Shown here one piece after another: positions 1 through 11,292 of a stretch of DNA of 64,000 nt. Origin of the DNA: Lama guanicoe (lineage: Eukaryota). The translations under genes were made by a program, and so were the position numbers. The stretch lies in the NCBI GenBank assembly GCA_013239625.1, contig MU054001.1:5443078-5507077 (forward strand). Direction: 5' to 3'. How positions within the stretch are numbered: the stretch's first letter is position 1; each line of letters opens with the position of its first letter. The notes beneath the pieces are model-generated. The model searched no databases and was not told the origin of the DNA. It worked only from the letters and a program-made list of their open reading frames with translations.

Positions 1-371
1 CAGGTCCCGTGGTTTTCTGGGCTCTTTCAATCACGACATCTATTCTGTTTCCATAATTAAAACCACCACCTAGGACTCCACTTCCTCTACTTGCCAGACG
101 AAACCTTCCAGAAATGTGTCCAAGGGAGAGGAGATTGAGGGAAAGGGGCACTTTTTTGTGTCTTACTATGTCTTTAAGTGTCTTCCTTTGTCACCTGGGT
201 TTGGTGCCCTCAGAATGACCAGCGTACAGTTACCAGCCAGTGCTCCCACCCGTCCCCACCCTGTCTTTTGGGGGCACTTCTGTGGATTCCTCTCCTTTGG
301 TTTAGACAATGCCTCTGCTCCGGATGGCCAATTAGACCTCAACCCCAGACTGACTGCCAACAGTCCACCAG

Positions 372-763
372 TGCCAGGCTTGTGGATAGCTCCCCAGAGA
401 GGTCCACATCCTAACTCTCTCTGGCACCTGAGAGCATGCTACCTTACATTGCAAGGGGGACCCTGTAGGTGTGATTAAGTTAAGGATCTGGAGATAGATT
501 ATCCTGGACTACTTGAGTGAGCCCAGTGTTATCACAAGAGTCCTTACAAGAGGGAGGCTGGAGGGTCACAGTCAGAGAGAAGATGTCACGACAAAAGCAG
601 AGGGCCCCAGAAAAGACAAAAACTCTAATTCAAAAAGATATATGCACCCCAGTGTTCATAGCAGCACTATTTACAATAGCCAAGACATGGAAACAACCTA
701 AATGCCCGGTGACAGATGACTGGTTTGTGGTTATTTGTCATAGCAGCAATAGGAAACTAATAC
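372..763 (+). mobile_element. MaLR LTR (MLT1D-like), middle replaced by an L1 fragment
   Basis: MLT1 motifs 'gtgattaagttaaggatctggagatagattatcctgga' and terminal 'gcagcaataggaaactaatac'; collinear with the intact copy at 8218-8722. Confidence 0.85.
607..723 (+). mobile_element. Internal L1 ORF2 C-terminal fragment without 3'UTR or poly(A)
   Basis: Encodes KTLIQKDICTPVFIAALFTIAKTWKQPKCP, the L1 ORF2 C-terminus; same motif at ~7600-7690 and ~29070-29160. Confidence 0.9.
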
Positions 764-1236
764 GTCACCTTTCTGCTAGGGTCCCTGCTCCCTTCCAGGG
801 AGCCCCCTGGTGATGATATCAGGCTGGCTGCCTTCCAAAGCGTCCACATCTGGTTCCCAGAAAACCTACCCTTCAACTCCAACCTGTCACTCTCCTCCCT
901 GCCACAGGGGGGCAGCACCAAACACAGCTCCTCACCTTTAGACTCTTCAGGCACAAGTTCAGATCCTCTATCTCCCAAATTCTAGGAGTCACATGCCATG
1001 CTACCAAAAGGTACACTTGAATCTCCTCCTACTTGGCCTGAAGTGAGAAGTAGGCAGGAGAAACCTCTCAGCTGAGGTACATTCTCCAAACACACCCTGT
1101 CCCACTTTCCACATCCTACCTCTCCTTAGGTGGCCTAGAGGTGGTGGAGAACTACGCTGGCAAAACAGCTTCCCAGTCTCTGACCCTGTCTTACACAGGG
1201 GGTTCCGCTTTTCAATTTGGATTATAAGACTCCTGG

Positions 1237-1396
1237 GGGTGGGGGTGGGTGGGCAGTGTATAGCTCAGTGATAGAGCATGTGCTTAGCATGCACCGGGTC
1301 CTGGATTCAATCCCCAGAACCTCCATCAAAAGAAAATTTTTTTTTTAATTCTAGAGAGATAATGGACAACAAATCAAACTTAATTTAAAAAAAATA
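1237..1396 (+). mobile_element. tRNA-Ala-derived SINE (Vic-1-like)
   Basis: A box 'tagctcagtgatagagc', B box 'ggattcaatccc', A-rich tail, perfect 17-bp TSD gattataagactcctgg (1220-1236, 1397-1413). Confidence 0.9.
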
Positions 1397-1529
1397 GATT
1401 ATAAGACTCCTGGCATCAGCCTTTGGAGTCTCTGCTAGGACTTAGACAAGAAGGATGGTCACATGAGGACTGGCACTGGTGACCTACGTCAGGGAGCAGC
1501 AGAGCTCTGTGAACACTGACTGCATAGAA

Positions 1530-1683
1530 AGCCTTATGCTCAGCACCGCGCATGACTTATTTCACTCAGTCTTCATACCAAGATACTGTCCTCCCCATTT
1601 CACAGATGAAGAAATGGAGGCTGAGAGAGAGAACAAGTGTTTCACTCAGGGTCACACAGTAAATGGTAGAGTTAAGATTCCAA
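1530..1683 (-). mobile_element. MIR SINE fragment
   Basis: MIR core 'ccccatttcacagatgaagaaatggaggctgagaga...ggtcacacag'. Confidence 0.8.
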
Positions 1684-1808
1684 TGAAGGTGGTCACCTCA
1701 GTAGTGTTTGGGGGTAGTTAGAGTTTGGGGCTGAATTGCTCTGTGTAGGAGAGGAAAGGGAAATCTGAAGTGGGGAGGGAAGGTGGCAGGAGTGGAAATG
1801 CAGCTAGC

Positions 1809-2277
1809 TGTCAACAAAAAATTAATCAGTTGATCTATGAAAGAAATGGAAATTTTTATTTGAGCCAAATTTGAGACTTATAACCTGGGAAGAGCATCTC
1901 AGAAAGCTCTGAGAGCTGTTCTGCCGGTTAGAAATCAAGGCACAGTTTTATAAGTTTTTTGAGACAGAGGTCCGTACATCAAATGATGTATTGTTAACAG
2001 TTTACATAACCCAGATCTAAGCGGCCTCCTGGTGGGTCATATGACCCTTTACAAGATCAAGAAGGAATGTTATCTTTTAAGGAGTTGTCTTGTTGATGCT
2101 AGGAGGATGTTGCTCTTTATGGTTGAGCAGGTTTTCCTGTTGATGGGGGCGGTTTGGTTGATGCATAAATGCAGATACATTATGCACAGTGAGGGGAGAG
2201 GCAGCCAAAGGGCAGAGAAGGATTTTTTATGTTTAAAATTTTCTTGACTTGCCATAAAATATGAATTTTATTCCACA
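1809..2277 (-). mobile_element. ERV1 solo LTR (MER41-like)
   Basis: TG...CA ends, 4-bp TSD tagc/gagc, minus-strand AATAAA at 1855-1860; 'tttatttgagccaaat' resembles MER41-family U5. Confidence 0.7.
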
Positions 2278-2578
2278 GAGCCAAGAATGGTAGTGAAGAG
2301 ATATTTCTAAGAAGACTGTCCAGCTAGTTTGCCCCAAGATGTGAGCTGTAAAGCCCCTCATCCCTCCCTCCCTCCTGTGCGGACTTCAGCGAAGTCCTGA
2401 CTGCTTTCTGAGAGCAAGCACTGAGTCTGTGTTTGGACTGGGGAAGCAGGAGGCAGCCTCAGGCCAGGAGTCAGGGACTGAGGGGGCTTTTGGCATCTAT
2501 GTTTTGTTTTAACTTAAAGTCAACACTACTTAGTTATATACACTTTGGATTTTAGAAAAGTTTTATTCATTCTTTTTT

Positions 2579-2640
2579 TTTTAATTGAAGTATAATCAGT
2601 TACAATGTGTCAATTTCTGGTGTACAGCATAATGTCCCAG
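2579..2640 (-). mobile_element. Very short 5'-truncated young L1 3' end
   Basis: poly(T)+'aattgaagtataatcagttacaatgtgtcaatttctggtgtacagcat'; TSD tattcattctttttt at 2564-2578 and 2641-2655. Confidence 0.85.
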
Positions 2641-2664
2641 TATTCATTCTTTTTTAATGTGCTT

Positions 2665-3156
2665 TTTTAAATCGTTACTCACTAATAACAGCTCATTGTA
2701 GAAAATATGGGCAAACCAAAAGGATAAAATGAAAATTATCTTTGATCTCACCACCCAGAGATAATCACTGTAAACTTTTTAATATGCACCCACTCAGGCT
2801 TTATCTTCACAATTACACTCTTTCTTGAGCTTGATTTAAAAACGGGCTCATGCTGTCATATGGCTTTTTAATCTACTTTTTAAACTTCAGCAATGTTATG
2901 GCCATCACTTCAATAAATACTCACCTTCAACAACAGTTTAATATCTGTATAACTGTCCACTTCATGACAGAACCGCAATATAGTTCCTATTATTACTTAT
3001 GTGTAGTTTCCAATATTTTGCCCTTTCAAACACTGCTCTGATGTGCACTGTCAGGGCTAAATCTCTGTATGCAGCTTTCCTTGTTTGCTTAGGGTGAATT
3101 CCTAATGTGGGATTCCCAGATCAAATGACATAAACACTTCTGAGGTTTCTGATACA
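2665..3156 (-). mobile_element. Old L1 3' end (L1ME-like)
   Basis: 'ctcaccacccagagataatcactgtaaac' and 'gtgaattcctaatgtgggattcccagatcaaatg' L1ME-type motifs. Confidence 0.65.
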
Positions 3157-3175
3157 ATTTGGGGCAGGGGGCTAA

Positions 3176-4110
3176 TTCTTGACTCTCCTTGCTAACCAAT
3201 TTTTATCTTAAAAGGTAGAGAACTTCATAATGATACAGGAAAAATGAATGTGGGGTGTGAGGAGAGCCATGTCCCAGGTCTCAGATGAGTCCCTGGGACG
3301 TGTCCTGCCACGTGTGGGTCCTTGGCTTCATGCAGGAAAGAATTCAAGAACGAGCCACAGTTGAGTAAAGGTAGATTTATTTAGAGAGATACATACTGCA
3401 TAGAGTGCAGGCTGTTTCAGAAGGCAAGAGAAAGGCCATGAGGTGTGGGGGTTGGATGCTCAGGTTAAAATAAAAGTAAGTACACACTCCATGACAGAGT
3501 GCGGGCCATCTCCGAAGATGAGGGAGAGAGAGAGGCGGCCATGAGGTGCAGTGTTGCCAGTTTTTATGGGCTCAGTGGGGGCTTCATATGCTAACAAGTG
3601 GGAGGATTATTCCAGGTACCCTGGGGAAGGGGCTAGGATTCCCAGGAACTGGGCCACTGCCCACTCTTTGACCTTTTATGGTCAGCCTTGAAGCTGTCAT
3701 GGCTCCTGTGGGAGTGTCATTTACCATGCTAATATTATAATGTCTGTATAATAAGCTCAAGGTCTCCTAGAAGTCAAATCTGCCACCATTTTGAGCCTCA
3801 AGGCCTACTGGGAGTTGAGTCTTCCACTATTTTGGTGTTAATTGCTGTGTCATTACTTGAATGACTGTGCCCTGCCCTCCTGCCTCAATAAGAAGAAATG
3901 ACATTCATGCAGAACAGTAAGAAGGCATTAGTTAGTGATCTAGAAGTAATGGAATCTTGGGAGGAAGGGCCGGATCATTGTTAGTGACAGGGACACCTTA
4001 GGAGAAGAGGCAAATGTCTAGTCAGATGCCAGCACTAGACTTCAGGAAGGCAGCATGGAAAGGAGGGGGCAGAAGAATTACAGCCCCTCAGGTGGAGATG
4101 TAAGAGAGTG
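3176..4110 (+). mobile_element. L3/CR1 LINE ORF2 endonuclease-region relic, interrupted by the ERV1 LTR
   Basis: Degenerate CR1 motifs FLTxLAxNF..KVE (3176-3220), LVSDLEVM (~3928-3951), LDFRKA (~4035-4052). Confidence 0.5.
3231..3887 (-). mobile_element. ERV1 solo LTR
   Basis: TG...CA ends (minus strand starts tgaggcagga), perfect 4-bp TSD ataa (3227-3230, 3888-3891), minus-strand AATAAA-like near 3376, internal direct repeat. Confidence 0.85.
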
Positions 4111-4118
4111 TAGCTTTT

Positions 4119-4254
4119 GTGGGGAGAGTATAGCTCAGTGGTAGAGTGTGTGCTTAGCATGCACAAAGGTCCTGGGTTCAATCCCCAGTACCTTCGTTAA
4201 AAATAAGAAATAAGCCTAATTACCTCTACTCCCCAAAAAAATTCAAAAAAAAAA
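4119..4254 (+). mobile_element. tRNA-Ala-derived SINE (Vic-1-like, long tail)
   Basis: 'ggggagagtatagctcagtggtagagtgtgtgcttagcatgcac...gggttcaatccccagtacc', poly(A), 14-bp TSD agagtgtagctttt (4105-4118, 4255-4268). Confidence 0.92.
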
Positions 4255-4615
4255 AGAGTGTAGCTTTTACGGAATGACTTATAATTACAGTCCCTCAGAT
4301 AGAGATTGTGAGAGCCCAGATAATTTATAAAAGGATTTTTCAAAATATGACCTTACAAAATAATCCCAGTGTTGAACAGAAGGGAGTGAAACCAGAAGTC
4401 ACAGTAAAGCCACCCAGGGAACTTCTTATGCACTCAACTTTTAAGAGGAATATTTAGGAAATTGTTTTTACAGTCAGTTGAGGTTATCTTACCCTGGGAG
4501 TTGGGAAAGAAGAACGTTTATTCACGCAGAGTTGAGGAGTGTAGCAGGAAAACACGAGCAACACATTCTTATGAGTCATTGCTGACTTGTTCTAAAGAAG
4601 TTTTAGTCTTGATGT

Positions 4616-5899
4616 CGCACTGGGTGAAATAGTGCCCTCCCCCAAGTTCATATCCACCTGAAACCTCAGAACATGACAATGATATTGTGATGTAGTAAGA
4701 AATATGTATTTGGTCTTTGTTCCTGGTTCCTGGAATAGAACTCCTAAAACCCTTGGAATTTCCGGAGTGATAAGGGTGAGTGGAGCATCTTCTGTTATTG
4801 ATAACAAGCCCCTTTCAATCCAATCTGAGTTTATGCTAATGAGGTGACTCTTGATGGGCCCCTAGATGGTTTCTAGATGGGGCCTGGTTGCCAGAGGAAC
4901 AAACCTTGAGATTAGAGGGTTGGAACCTCCAGGAAGGGGAGAAGGGCTGGAGATAGGATACAATCACCAATGACCAATGCTTTCATCAATCATGCCTATG
5001 TAATGGAAGCTCCATAAAAATCCCAAACAAATGGGTTTGGGGAGTTTCTGGGCTGGTGAACACACTGAGGTACTGGGAGGGGTGTGCCTGGAGGGAGCAT
5101 GGCAGTTCTACACCCCTTCCCCGTACCTTGCCCTATGCATCTCTTTCATTTGGCTGTTCCTGAGTTGTCTCCTTTAAAATAAATCAGTAATAGTAAGCGA
5201 GGTGTTGAGTTCTGAGAGCCATTCTAGCGAACTGTTGAACCCAAGGAGGGGGTTGTGGAAATCCTTGATTTATAGCCATTTGGTCAGAAATATGGGAGGC
5301 CCAACTGGCTTCCAAAGGAGGTGGAGAAGGAGGAGTCTTCTGGGACTGAGCCCCTAAGCTATAGGGTCTGCACTAATCCCAGGTAGTTAGTGTCAGGATG
5401 AGTTCAATTGTAGGACACTCAGTTGGTGTCCAGAGAATTGGAGAGCTGCATGGAATGGGAGCATTTGGAGTGAGAAGTGTTATGGGTAGAGTAGGAGTCT
5501 TTCCTTTGGTGTCCTTAGTTGGAAATAAAGCCTTCGTAGATGTAATCAGTTTAGATGAGGTCTTCCTGGATCAGAGTGAGCCCTGAAGCCAGGTGTCCTT
5601 GTAAGAAGGCCATGTAAAGGCACAGAGACATGGAGGGGAAAAGGTCACATTATAATGGTGGCTGAGACTGGAGTGACGTGACTATAAGCCAAGAGACACC
5701 GAGGACTGCCAACAACCACAAGACGTGTGGAGGGAGGCACTGAAGAGATTTTCCCTCAGTGCCTCCAGAAGGAGCTAACCCTGCTGACACTTTGATTTTG
5801 GACTTCGAACCTCCAGAACAGTGAGAAAATAAATTTCTGCTATTTTAAGCCACTCAGTTTATGATTATGTGCCGTGGGAACCCCGAGGAAACTAATACA
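4616..5899 (+). mobile_element. MaLR LTR (MLT1B/C-like) split by a nested LTR
   Basis: 5' part ends 'cctcagaacatgac', resumes 'cttagttggaaata' ~5513, ends 'ggaaactaataca'; 5-bp TSD gatgt (4611-4615, 5900-5904). Confidence 0.85.
4678..5508 (+). mobile_element. MER21-like ERV LTR nested in MLT1
   Basis: 'gatattgtgatgtagtaagaaatatgtatttggtctttgttcctggttcctgg...ctcctaaaacccttggaatttcc' matches the recalled MER21 5' end. Confidence 0.8.
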
Positions 5900-6369
5900 G
5901 ATGTTAACAAATTTTGTCCCCCTAAGTGACATAAAAATGTAAAATCAGTAATTATTTGGTCCCCACTTATGATGAGTGGATCTTTAAAGTAAATAAGCCA
6001 TAAGAACCAAGCTCCCAATTTCTGATGGGAGAGATGGACCAGTGAAGACCTGGTCCCATTGTAGCCCATTCTGACAAATGGATGGGGAAATTCTGTGAGT
6101 AAATGAGTCACAGGATTGACTCTGGGTTCCTTGACACCTTGCCCCTCCTAGGTTCTGGGAGACCCAATCAATCTCCTGACTTCCCCCAAACAAGCACCCC
6201 TAGCAAGGACCCAGCTCAAGACAAGCCATGGACCAAGGAGTGTCACTAATGTGGCAAGCATCTCAAACTCATCCGCCCCTAGGAAGAGCATCTGGACCTC
6301 TGTGGCATGGATGCCTCTCCCATCTTCTTTTTCACTGGGGAAGAGGGGACAGTTAAGCCCATGGGAAGC

Positions 6370-6545
6370 TGCCTGAATTTGAATCTCAACCATGTCGTTT
6401 TATAACTTTGTGACATTAGGCAAATAATTTAACCTCTTTGTGCCTCAGTTTCCTTGTCTACAGAATGAAAATAATAGTGCTTAGTGTTGTTGAAAGCACA
6501 CATAAAGCAATTAGCATGGTGTCTAGTGCAAGCACTCAAAGAATA
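6370..6545 (+). mobile_element. MIR SINE
   Basis: 'tgtgacattaggcaaataatttaacctctttgtgcctcagtttccttgtcta'. Confidence 0.85.
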
Positions 6546-6719
6546 CAACCTATTCATGTATTAAGCACCCTCAGCACCCAGGAAGAAAGTCCCTGCTTTC
6601 TTTTAATGCTTCGTGCTGAGTGCTTACTAGCCTATGGGGGTGGGTGAGGGACACTCAGGATATGCTGCTTCCTCTTCCTCCCTTCATCAAGCTACTCAGG
6701 AGGCAAGAAAAAACCTATA

Positions 6720-7300
6720 AGGACTCACGCAAAATATAAGAGGAGGAGCGTGTAGCCAAGAACAAATAGAGAAGAATGGAAAAATCTTCACAAACAGTGT
6801 CAGGAAGAGCTCTTCTCATGAACGAAACATGCGTGGAAAGAGTTAGAGAACAGGAGATTTTGAAAACCTTGTTTGAAGTAAGACAAACCTGTAAAGAACA
6901 AACCACTGGGGGTGCTGGTGATGTGATGTTAACATGAGCAGGGGAAAGTGGACACACTGAACCTTAGCTTTGCAGAACTGGGTTTGCTTCCACGTCATCC
7001 CAATCAGAGCAGGCAGAACACCCACTGTTTGGAGAGAAGTGAGGTCTAAATAGCTAAAAGAGGTTGTAAGCATTGCATTGGGCCCAGAGCAAGAACATCT
7101 TAGGGTCACGAGGGAACCACAGGCCTGGATGCAGCACCTGCCAGTAGATGGAAGAATCATGGTGCTCTGGGGCGCTAAGACACCCTAGGAAATAAGACAG
7201 AAAAAAAGTGTTCTGATGTTTGAAATGAATGTAAACGGGAAAGATTCTACAGCCTGAGGAACTGAATGACAACAGTCTGCACATTTTAGACTGTGCCTGT
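6720..7300 (+). mobile_element. L3/CR1 LINE ORF2 relic (pre-RT/RT start)
   Basis: Degenerate motifs 'tttgcttcc' (FAS), 'gggcccagagcaagaacatcttagggtc' (GPDxxHPRV-like), 'gaagaatcatgg' (EESW). Confidence 0.5.
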
Positions 7301-7356
7301 AGCGGGAAAATGTGATGAGTTGGAGCAGGAGTTCACCTATGAATAAATGATGCCCT

Positions 7357-8104
7357 CAACATGAAAAGATGCTCAACATCACTAATTACCTCACACCAGG
7401 GAGAATGGCCATCATTAGAAAGTCTATAAATAACAAATACTCGAGAAGGTGTGGAGAAAAGGGGACCCGCCTACACTGTTCTGTAAATAGCTGCAGTCAC
7501 TATGGAGAACAGTATGGAGGTTCCTTTAAAAACTAAAAGTAGAGTTGCCATGTGCTCCAGCAATCCCACTCCTGGGCATCCACCTGAAGAAAACTCTAAC
7601 TCGAAAAGATACATATACTCAATGTTCATAGCAGCACTACTTATAATAGCCAACACATGGAAACAGCCTAAATGTTCATCGATAGATGAATGAATAAAGA
7701 AGATATGGTATATATATATACAATGGACTATTACTCAGTCACAAAGAAGGATGAAATAATGCCATCTGCAGCAACATGAATGGGTCTAGAGGTGATCATA
7801 CAAAGTGAAGTAAATTAGACAGAGAAAGACAAATGCCATGTGCTATCACTTATACGTGGGATCTAAAACATGACACAAATGAACTCATTTATGAAACAGA
7901 AACAAACTCAGAGACATAGAAAACAAATTTATAGTTATCAGGGGGTCATGAGGGGAGGGGAGGGGTAAATTAGGAGTTTGGGATTAGCAGATACAAACCA
8001 CTATATGTAAAATAGATAAACAACAAGGTTCTACTGTATATAGCACAGGGAACTATATCCAATATCTCATAATAAACCATAATGGAAAAGAATATGAAAA
8101 AAAA
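7357..8104 (+). mobile_element. 5'-truncated L1 (ORF2 end + 3'UTR)
   Basis: ORF 7502-7693 ends MFIAALLIIANTWKQPKCSSIDE; typical 3'UTR with G-rich tract. Confidence 0.92.
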
Positions 8105-8217
8105 TTTTAAATGGTACCTTCAGCCCTGAAGCCTTATCCCATTTTAACCTCGTCCTCCCCCACTCTGTACTCTGCAGCCTGAGGGATAGTAACTCCGGCT
8201 CTGCTGTTATCTACTGA

Positions 8218-8722
8218 TGGGCTGGGTGGAATAATGGGCTCAAAAGACGTCAATCAAAAGACGTCAGCATCCTGACCCTTAGAATCCGTGAATATGTATG
8301 TTATATGGCAAGAAGAAATTAAGGTTGCTAATCGACTTTAAGATGACCTTGAGATGAGAAGATTATCCTGGATTCTCTAGATGGGCCCAATGTGGTGATA
8401 AGAGTCCTTAGAAGTGGGAGGAAGGAATTTCGGAGAGATGAGGAGTGATGGCAGAAGCAGGGGTGGCAGGGATGCCTTTCAAAGATGGAAGGAGGGGCCA
8501 CCAGCCAAGGAACGCAGGCAGCCCCTGGAAGCTGGAAAGGGCAAGGAAAGAGATTCTTCCCCAGAACCCCCAGAAGGAATGCAGCTCTCCCACCACCTTG
8601 ATTTTAGTCCGTAGCACCCATCTCAGACTTCTGACCCCTAGGAACTGTAAGGTAATACATTTGTGTTGTTTTAAGCCCTAAATTGACTTAACTTCCTACA
8701 GCAACAAAAGGAAACTAACACA
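8218..8722 (+). mobile_element. MaLR solo LTR (MLT1D-like)
   Basis: 'gagatgagaagattatcctgga', 'gccaaggaacgcaggcagcccctggaagctggaaagggcaaggaa', terminal 'ggaaactaacaca'. Confidence 0.9.
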
Positions 8723-10537
8723 ACTAGTTTCTGCTTTATCTTATAATTATTTTCAAATCAGTTAACAAGGACTCTCTTTCTGCCTCTCATCTCTCCACCT
8801 CGTTTCTCCATAAGGATTTCTCTATGAGACTAGAACGAAGGCTGCAATTAGCTCCGAGCTCACCTCTCCCCAACATCACTGACAGAAAGAAAGGGATGAT
8901 GCTCTTCTCTTACTTCCAATTCAAATTCTCCCACGGAAGCACTGGGCATGGCGTGCCTGGGCAGGGGACGAGCAGCTCCACCAGAAACTCTTGGTTAGAG
9001 GCGGGAGGCAGGGAGGTAAAGCAGTTTCCCAAGAGAAAGGAGGTACTAATACCACAAGAAGAAAGAGGCACAAATAAATGGCTGCTTCCCTCCCCAAGCA
9101 CTAGAGCTGAGTGGACAGCTCTTTGAAGGACTGATTCCATCCTCTCCGGCTCAGGACCCAACACCAGATCCGACTCTTGGTGGATGCTCAGTGCAGCTAT
9201 TGATCAATGGACTACATCTTCAGTGGGCTGTGCCACTAGTAGAATTTGCTCCCACAGAGAGAGAAGGAAAAGTGTTGTCTGCATTCAGTGGTGGGTGGGG
9301 TGGGGGGACCTGGTGAAACACAGTTCATGCTGTGGGGGGTCAGTCCCAATTCTGAACTATCAAGAGTTCATAACTGATACTGACAGGGGACCAATTTATT
9401 CTTAGCCAGTGCATCATTCATCATTTTGAAATCAATGAGCTAATTAGGGTCATTCCTTGAACCATTTAAGCCTGTTCGTTGAAGCTGCCTCAACTGTGTT
9501 TTAAAGGGAGAAGAAATAAAGGCTGGAGGTGGTAGGGATTGCTGTCTGTGGTGGAAGTCCATGGGATATTTTTAAAAGTGTTCTCTCATATGTTTTTATC
9601 ACTCTTTTCCATGGAAGCACCTGCCGAGGGACATTAAGTCACTGTGGACCCCTCAGTGAGGCCCAGCTGGTACTCATGGCATCACCCATGAGGCTGTGGG
9701 TAGATCAGAACAAGGGAACATCCCTCGAAGGAAGTCAGCTGGGGGCAGGACCTGTGCCTCCCTGACAGGCACATGGAAGGCCAGAGGCAGGAGACCCGCC
9801 ACCAAGTTCCAGAGGAGTTTCCTAGGTGTAAGCCTCTCAGACAGTAAGGTCGGGGGTGGGGTGGGTTTAACATCAAGGGAAGACAAAGGTCAGAGCCAAA
9901 CTTGGGGCTGAGCTACTATAAGAGGAAGTGAGGAATATAGATCTGGATAAAGGAAAGTCCACCTTCATGCTGGAGAGGCCCTGGGGACACAAGCGGTGGC
10001 TCTGGCTGTGGTTCCTGGGAACACCTGCATGATAGTAACATTTGCCTTTAAAGGGACCAGATATTATAGAGAGTTTCCACCAGGCAATTTAGTATCTCTT
10101 CCCTTTTGCATCTTTCTTTATTCTTTCTTGTCTTCGATCCATCTCTTTCTTCCTCCTTCCCCCTCTCCCCTCCCCTTCCTGACTCCTTCCACAAACATTT
10201 ATCCAGGGTCTCTTTTGTGCCAGTATTACCAGAGGAAGATTACAGTACGGAGAGCTTGGATTCTTCTTTGAATAGATGCCCAAGAGTCTCAGTTATTTAA
10301 AATTCAATACCTGTAAACAACTTGTGAGCATACCATATTTTAGTGCCTGTCTGTGTTTAGTCAAATACTGAGAACATATGTCTCTTTGTAAATCTACTCC
10401 CAGGACTGCTAAGAGTGATTTAGAAAACACTCTGAAACGTGCCAGCTTCCGTTTTTCCCTTCTAGTGGGGAGGATTCACTCAGAAAGAGCTCACTGATCT
10501 GTCACCAGACCTGCCCCACCTTCCCACCCTCCCTCAC

Positions 10538-10691
10538 CAGCTTCCGGTCCCCAGAGAAGGAAGCATCTACAGCTCAGCGTCCCTGGCAAGTTGGACAGAA
10601 GTGGCACGCTGGCGGCACCCTTGCAGCACGTGTCCATCTCCGGTGGTTTAACAACAATGCTTCCAAGAATGAAGTAAAGGGCCACACGACG
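10538..10691 (-). other. Candidate 154-nt internal exon of an unidentified transcript
   Basis: Minus-strand acceptor tgcctttgtttttcctgcAG|, donor ctg|GTGAGG, 8 CpGs, one open frame, non-repeat sequence. Confidence 0.3.
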
Positions 10692-11041
10692 CTGCAGGAA
10701 AAACAAAGGCACTAAAATTTAAGAGGGGAGTAAACTTTGTTTATGGACCTCACTAAAGAAAAGTTGCTGAATGTTGAGTCTAGAGGGCTATGCTGCTGCT
10801 GTTGACTGGGACCTTTTTTATTTTTTGGCAAGGAGGGGAGGTGCATGTGCTTTTTCCTGGGTTGAATAGTTGCTTATTGTTGTTTTCAGGAGTTTTGCTT
10901 AAATCAAGATTTGTTTTCGGAAGACGTAACTTAACCAGATGTTTATCAACAACCCAGGAAATCCTGACAATATAAAGATTACTTACTTCATAGAGCTTTA
11001 AAGCATGAATTTCATAGAATAGTCTAGCCAGAGTTTTATGG

Positions 11042-11292
11042 AATAATAATTATCATTTATTGAGTGGCTACTGTGTTCCATGCATTTTTCATATATATAT
11101 ATATATATAAAGTCTTGGAGCACTTCTCAGTGTAGTTCTCATTCTCCCCACTTTACAGATAAGGGAGTTGAGATTCAGAGTTAATAAGTAACTTGTCCGA
11201 GGTCGTACTACCGTAAGTGGTGGAGCCAGGGCTCAGACATCAGTCCATGTAACTTCAGAGCCTGGGCTCTCTCCACTAACTGTGCTGCTTCC
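11042..11292 (-). mobile_element. MIR SINE with (TA)n expansion
   Basis: 'ccccactttacagataagggagttgagattcagag...aagtaacttgtccgaggtc'. Confidence 0.85.

Noticed and set aside
3639..3648. STAT6-type TTCCCAGGAA in the ERV1 LTR
   Set aside because: A single short motif expected by chance, with no supporting context.
4119..4197. tRNA-Ala(AGC)-like sequences here and at six other sites
   Set aside because: Broken stems, A-rich tails and TSDs mark them as SINE copies, not tRNA genes.
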